The position numbers were made by a program, and so were the translations under genes. The notes under the pieces are model-generated. The model worked only from the letters and a program-made list of their open reading frames with translations. It was not told the origin of the DNA and ran no database searches. A DNA stretch of 57,596 nucleotides, filler included, from Sphacelaria rigidula (taxonomy: Eukaryota): the NCBI GenBank assembly GCA_964200075.2. It is 7 parts of 7 records of this genome, joined end to end, with 100 filler letters (N's around TTAATTAATTAA, not from the genome) between each part and the next. Parts side by side here need not be neighbours in the genome. Positions count along the whole stretch, not along the records: positions 49,456 to 57,596 come from CAXNAA020012141.1; 6 more parts are not named here. One strand, 5' to 3'. Below are positions 51,120-57,596 of this stretch, in pieces; the stretch's first letter is position 1; each line of letters starts with the position of its first letter.

Positions 51120-53012
51120 CTGCACATCACGAAGGCGAGCTACGTATGGAGCTGCCTTCAGATATCCAGATACAGCACATTCGTAGCAACACTCTTCAAT
51201 CATCTGTGGTAAAGGTAAATCCAGTCAGAGGGGATTCAATCTTACGCACGGGAGGACACCTCAGCACCCGGCGACTAGCGGGATCAAGCACTTTCTCTCA
51301 GTTTGTGCGCTTTACAGTACTGTACATCTGTGCCGAACGACGTGACGTGTGAGCACCTCAGGGTGTTAGTACCCAGGAGAAGTAGCGAGTAGTTGTATTG
51401 AAGCATTGAAGCTAACATAAACGCCAGTGTGAGAGTGGACGAGTAGAACCAAATGGTGGAGCCCTGGACGAAGCCCCCATTATCTACGAAAATCGACTCG
51501 GTGCTCCGCTTCCCGCGGTGGGGAGGCCAACCTTGTCTTCATCCAAGTCCAGAGGAGGCCAATACTTCATGGTGGCCTGCAAGTGCTGTGGTGGTTCGGA
51601 CATCAAGCGTATAGAAGGTTCTCTTGTTTCGCTCGCGGAGGCTGGCCTATAATTTCTGTACTGAAGGTTGTTTTGTTACGTTGGGTGCCGATCCCCCTGA
51701 AACGGACCCCAGGCCAACCACTGGGAATTATGTGCAAAAGCAATAGGTGTCGGTTGGACAATAGCCGTGAGTCAGGGGTTGGCCACCACGGGATCCACGG
51801 TACAGAGTCATCAAGGATGCTACTCTCGAAGAGCTGGGAGCTGCTCAGCTAGTGCAGTTTAGTCGGGGTCACCGACGTCGAAGGTTAGCCAGCAAGTTTG
51901 TGCGGAAAACACGTGTGTCCCCCAAGCGATTGAGCGAAATCGGGGAGCGTGCGATCAGGTAGTGGTTGAACAAATTTTTTGCTTCAAACTGTGGACTCTT
52001 TTTCAACTTTCCCCATTAATCTAGCGCGCGTACAATCGTAGAGTCATGGCCCAAGACAGATACAAGGAAACATGGAGTATACGCCCACGAACAGGATAAC
52101 ACGGCACGAAGCCCCCGAGAGGCGAGGTTAAATAAACACGTCAGCGGGAGAGAAACACACAGGCACACACCAAAGTACACGTGCGGTTCCAAAGGACGGA
52201 CCAGAATGAGAAACATCATCGGCTACATGGTATTCGGGCCGTGACAGGCTGAAAGCCAAAATACGGAAACTACACACGGTCGGCATACCGAACAAGTCAG
52301 GACAGGGCAAGCCAACCAAGGCAAGACTAACCGACAGAGCCGAAGCATGATAGGACTGGATAGTGTCACAAAAAAGTAGATATTCGTGTAACTTTGTTCA
52401 CGAGAGTTCAAAGAGTCACTGGACGCCTTTTGGTTCAACCACGATGGAGCGATTTTGACCACCATACTGTGTGTAACATCTGTCGGTTGCTAGAGCCCTG
52501 TACATGGGCGCCGTGGTTTGAAATGACTCGGTCCGAGGCATACACCCTGTAGCGCATCACTCATGCAATCCCTTCACACATTTCGGTGAGAGAGTCCCAA
52601 CATCACTGCAATATCCAGATATACTAAATGTGTAGAAAACGGAAGGGGCAGGTCGACCCCGTCTACGTACGCTAACCGATCGCCTGTCATCATCTGCCAA
52701 GTTTTGCCAATGATTACGCCATTGACTTACAGGAAGCAAGGACAGAGTAGGAAACAAACCGCTCGCATCCGATCTCACGTCGTTCTGCATGCTCGGCCTA
52801 TCGACGGCCTGAACCAGACCCATCCACGACAAGGACGTAACACGCGTGATAAAAAAGGCTCGTCGTGGCTTTCCAAATGTAACTGGGGAAGTATTGGTCG
52901 TGTGCTCAATCCGCCTGCTTCTACCGTCACCAAGACAGGTCATGGCAAGGGCCGACCGAACACATCGCGGCCTGCATGACTGCACCAAGTGGTGTTCGTT
53001 GTATTCGCTCAC

Positions 53013-53219
53013 CCATCAACTCGTTGTATTGGATAATACCATGCGTTCCACTAGACAGATCCAGCTTGATAACACGCCCCTCCGCATTCACGGTAACGCC
53101 AGACCAATGCGATAGGTCCTCAGCTGTTTTCCAGTTTCTCCGCGTCCTTTCGAGCCACTCGGGACCGCCGTTGGTGTCGTAAAACCCGCAAAGCACCGAC
53201 CGATCATTTGCCGCGGACC
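53013..53219 (-). CDS. LRR N-cap exon of an LRR-domain protein (possibly ROCO-type)
   Basis: 207 bp, phase 1-1. DRSVLCGFYDTNGGPEW...NW...LSHWSGVTVNAEGRVIKLDLS...NELMG. Splices in frame to 51119. Confidence 0.87.
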
Positions 53220-53537
53220 CTGTACAGCGACACGAACAGCAACCACACCGTGATCGCCCAGAAGCTCAGTTAGCAGTCAGCAAGTGGCTCGAACTTGTGA
53301 GGGGAACCGATATTCAAACAACAGGGACAAAGCCTATTTTGCACAATAGTAAAGATGGAAACCAGAACAAAGTGACCAAAGTCAAGAAAAAAAGCCATAC
53401 TAAGGACACTCCACTCACTTGCAGCAGTAAGCGTACGCACAACAATGCTTTTGTGCGAGAGAGAAGTCTAGCGTTGATTTGAGTTTCATTATTGGCTCCA
53501 ACTCGAGTATTTTATTTATTCCGTATGTGCTTTCCTT

Positions 53538-54894
53538 TAGGCTCTACTTTCGTATGCGCGTTTCCATCTTGAATAGCTCCGGTTTTTTTTTTATACGCTT
53601 TTATTTTGTTTTCAAGCCCCATTTGAAGCCTTTTTAGCGCAAATTAGGCGCGCTTTACGCGCCTTATTCCCGTCCTTGTTCTGGCGTTGTGGCAGTATCC
53701 CCTCACGAGGCGCGCCTTCTAGCATGAGGACAAGACGACAAGTTGGGCATTCGAAGTTTTGTTGATTATTTATAATTAAAAAATGAAGCTTTTCTTCAGT
53801 TATTGAGTTTGGAGACCACAACTTGCACACCTACACCCTAACCACGTACGGAAATAACAAGAGCCACTACACTTATGATACTTGATACAGCAGTAGGGTT
53901 TTGCAGCCTCTAGACACAGGGTATTGCGGCTTTTGGCCTCTCGCCCGGCAAGCTACAAGCTCAAAGCTACCACCCCTCCCCCACCCCCCCCCCCCCCCCC
54001 CCCCCCACACCCCCCCCCCCCCCCCCCCCCACANNNNNNNCTAAGCCGGGGTTTCTTGTCCTTTGTCCCCCCGCCCGGCAAGTTATAAGCCCAAACCTCC
54101 CCCCCCCCCCCCCCCCCCCGCATCATTTACCGTCAGTCGAAATTGAAAATCTTGTCTAACTACCGGTACCGATTGTACAACATCATAACCGCGGATTCGA
54201 TCCGGCCACCTAACTCTTTCTCGTGCCGGGAGTTCAAGTACCCCCTCAAAAAACACTCGCTCCATGGGCGCGGACGATGGCTGGATAAGTACAATATCCA
54301 TCGCCACGAGATTCCAACTGGGAAGCCTGTTCTCGTTGTCATCCCGAAACGACAGCAAACCATACTCCGAGTGCGCGCCAGAGGCTGCGACCAAAAAGTA
54401 GTAGTTCTCGGACAGTAGGCCCGCCATGACCTCGTCAATTACAAACGGGAAAACAGCAAGCTGGCGGACCTCGTCCCCGGTGTAGCCTGCGTGCTGCTTC
54501 ATGTATTTAGTACAAGCGTATTATTTATCCAGTCTTTGACATATTTTTGAAAGCAACGTAGTACCCTGTCTATTAGATGAAAACTGGAGCAGTTTGTTCA
54601 TCAGACCCGCAACACAATAGTAACACGAAACATGACCATGGAAATTCGGAAGTATCAAGTATTGGAGCCTAAAGACTGACGCCTGTCGGCCTGTGGGGTG
54701 ACGAGTTACGCCACATGGAGCACTGGCGAGCAAAAAAGTATCGCAGTTTTATGCGCGTTTGTGCGCGTTTCAAGCAAGTTAAGCTCGTCTCAAGCGTATT
54801 AAGCCGATTATAAGCTTTGCGCTAAACAGGCCTATTCAAGCTCAAAAACCGAAATTATGCTTAACTTCATGCGCGCATACGGAACTAAGGCCTA
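53538..54894 (-). mobile_element. Internally deleted hAT DNA transposon
   Basis: TIRs TAGGCTCTACTTTCGTATGCGCG / CGCGCATACGGAACTAAGGCCTA. The 8-bp flanks CTTTCCTT/CTTTTCTC match 6/8. Contains a transposase remnant. Confidence 0.7.
54160..54502 (-). pseudogene. hAT transposase C-terminal dimerisation-domain remnant
   Basis: LPSWNLVAMDIVLIQPSSAPMERVF, then a frameshift to ...IESAVMMLYN. Confidence 0.78.
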
Positions 54895-55259
54895 CTTTTC
54901 TCTCGCCTGTAGCACTGTCGTATGTTTACAGCTACACGCTGATATCTTACTTGGGGATATCGAAGACTTCAGTGACAAGCTTCTGCAGAAAGCGTGTCGA
55001 GCCTCGGAGGGGCATGTCGGAACCGAAACTATTTCATTAACTAATTGGACACTTCTCACCCCCAGTGGTATCCTAGACACCCAACCTCACCAAAACATCG
55101 CTGTACCTCATGTGTGGAGAAGTGCGTGCTATTCTCAAGACACTCAGCACACGCAGCGAAGAGGATATCAACGCAAACACCAACACGACGAAAAGCAGTA
55201 AAGAAGTCCTATATTTTCTCTCTCTCCCCATGTACGTGAACAGCCCGTGTTGCACCCCT

Positions 55260-55470
55260 TGTAATGCGTGAGAGGACCGCGTGCTTAGAGGACCGCATCG
55301 GAATTTGAACATCCCCATGGTTAGGGTTAGGGTTAAGGTTAGAGTTGGGGTTATAGTCAGGAGCGTGGTACCTGCAGGGACTGGCCCGATTGATCCCGAA
55401 AAACATCAATCCTGAGGTGTTTTGAACTACGGCGCGATCCTCTAAGCACGCGGTCCTCTCACGCATTACA
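55260..55470. mobile_element. 211-bp TGT...ACA MITE with an internal telomeric-like tract
   Basis: Perfect 33-bp TIR TGTAATGCGTGAGAGGACCGCGTGCTTAGAGGA. Core GGTTAGGGTTAGGGTTAAGGTTAG. Confidence 0.85.
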
Positions 55471-57596
55471 CTCCTCTCCCCAGAACTGCAACAACGCATA
55501 CCGTCCAAGAGGGTATACAGCACGGCGTGTACATTGCACGCTGGGAAATAGCTGCTGCTGAGCTCTCAGACTCTGGCGGTATCTGGTAGCAAGTAGGTGT
55601 CAACGAGGGTAGCCGGCGCATAGTGGTCTCTGTCTGCCCCATACACTGGACATCCACAAGAAACGCGTTTGTCGGGGCAAGCACTCCACTACAGGATTGC
55701 CAAAAATTAGTCAGCAGCATTCATTTCTTCAATTGATTTTTCAAGACCTTACACCACACCGGTTCCACGTTTTTCGGGAGCCGCACTTTTGTATTTTGCC
55801 AAACTTATATTTTTGCCCAGCAGTCCAGAACGGTAAAGCCTAGAACAAGCTACCATTTTCCTCTCGACTTTCCGTCTCTCGGCAAAAAAGCTTGTTCGGG
55901 CATAATAAAACTGCGGCCGCTGGAAAACGCGACCATGTCCTGGAACCGTCTCAACAAGTTGGGCAACTCGTTCCAATGTATCAAACTCCGCCTAGCTCTC
56001 TTTTAGGGCCAAAAACGACGAAGGTCAAGAAGGACCTGAAAGGCATTTTTACATGAGATTCTTTTGCTTACCACCGCGCAATCTATCAGATGGGGATTTT
56101 TCTTTTCCACCGCACAATTTCGATCGAAAACTCATGTGTCAAGAGCAGTCGAAAATTTTGAAGACGGTTGAAATTACGGCCCATCAGATCGGGATTTTCG
56201 TTTTCCACGGCACAATTTCGATCGAGAACTCATGTGCTAAGACGGGCCTCAAGACAGGCCCTCTGCACCATCTTCATTGTTGAGTGGTCAAAATTCGTGT
56301 GCAGCTGTTTTGCTTATCGGGTGTGTTTTTTTCCTGTGCCAGTGTTGTGATTGGTGTGTGCTGTTCGTTGCGACACGTGAGGATCAATGTGCTTTTTTTG
56401 GCACAGAAGGTGTGTCATCACTTCTGTGAAGCCCTCGTGGGTTCGTACACTGTTCTTTGGCAGCGGCTGATGGCAATACCGGTGACGGAATCATACTGAA
56501 CCAGGTGACAAATGTAGGGTTTCCCAATTCTCGCCCTGGAAGAAAGATTGCCCGCCTGATGTCCAGAAGATGTGCCGCCGGAGTGCTTCCATCAGCGTAT
56601 TTTTCATCATACGCTGTCTGAAGATATTTTCCCGAAAAGTCGAAACCGTGAGCCTCGGCGCGAGAGCAGGCCATCTCGTCCGTGCGTACTTCCAGATCGA
56701 TGGTGATTCAACAACTCACACTCAACATTCCTCGCCGGCCAACGGTACGCAGTCGTCCGAAACAACAGTGACTTCCGACACGGAACATTTGCACATCAGA
56801 ATCACAGCTGCTCTCATCTCCCGACAGTTGCATGAGCCAGACATCAACATCTCGGACGTCCAACCTAGGCTTTTCGCCCATTAACCGGGAAGACATGTCT
56901 CCTCTTTCGAGTAAAAATGCACTCTCAGTCATATCTTGTACTTTTGATCTCACGATAATATTGTTCATCATCCTGCCCTAGCCTTTTGCCCATTAATCGA
57001 AACTGCACGCCTTGCCAAAAGTTCGAATGAAACCCCACTCTCAATCCGATCCGCTGCTCTCAATCTCACGAATATATTGGAGTTTACGCCTAGCTAATTC
57101 GATAGTGTACATGTGGTCATCCTACGACAGGGAAGGGAGGCGAGGAGGGCGGGGGGGGGGGGGGGGGGATTTTTTTTCGAAAGCAGCAGCAATTGTCCAA
57201 ATGATGTTTCCGAAAAAAACACTAATTCATGCTGCTTGACACCATTCCCCCCATATAAAAGCGCACCGTGAGCGTTTTAGGTCGTCTGAAACACCCATGA
57301 GCCTTTTTCGTGAAATAGAACCCCCCCCAGCCCCCCCAGCCTCATCGTATGATGATTCAGATGCGGTTTCCGGGTTGATATTTCTTGTTATGTTTTTGAA
57401 TACCCCGAGTTGGCAATGAGTGATGCTACGGTAGTGGTGCACAAATATTTCATCAGGTTACAGTTGTTACGGGCCTTTCATCTCATCCAAAGCACGACTT
57501 ATGAAATATGTGAGAATACGCAAGGATTCCTATTCCAATCTACTAGGGATATAACAGGGTTGCCAGAAAAATGAGAAGGTATTTTGAAATGAGAAT

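Noticed and set aside
41285-53219. A single LRR + NB-ARC + TPR gene on the minus strand
   Set aside because: The LRR exons and the NB-ARC-TPR exons are on different contigs, separated by the linker at 49356-49455.
54950-55720. Candidate upstream exons of the LRR gene (e.g. MGQTET...)
   Set aside because: Splice phases could not be reconciled and there is no recognisable homology.

Overview
Eukaryotic, intron-rich and repeat-rich DNA, most consistent with a brown alga (Ectocarpus-like Phaeophyceae); this is inferred from gene architecture, not proven. The window is not contiguous. It is seven contigs of 8143, 8143, 8143, 8142, 8142, 8142 and 8141 bp, joined by 100-nt N44-TTAATTAATTAA-N44 linkers. 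Contig 1 holds an internally deleted Ty3/gypsy chromovirus plus a cluster of related LTRs. Contig 2 holds MITEs, a ~430-bp hairpin and a ~269-bp satellite. Contig 3 is mostly repeats and MITEs. Contig 4 holds the 5' exons of a SWAP/SFSWAP-like splicing factor on the minus strand. Contig 5 holds the last two exons of a DHHC palmitoyltransferase, with nested elements in its intron. Contig 6 holds part of an NB-ARC-TPR gene in which each 42-aa TPR is a 126-bp phase-0 exon inside a ~424-bp exon+intron tandem unit, with substitutions concentrated on one helix face. Contig 7 holds part of an LRR gene (cap exon plus one 72-bp LRR exon) and a hAT remnant. The modular, apparently diversifying immune-receptor-like exons are the most interesting signal.
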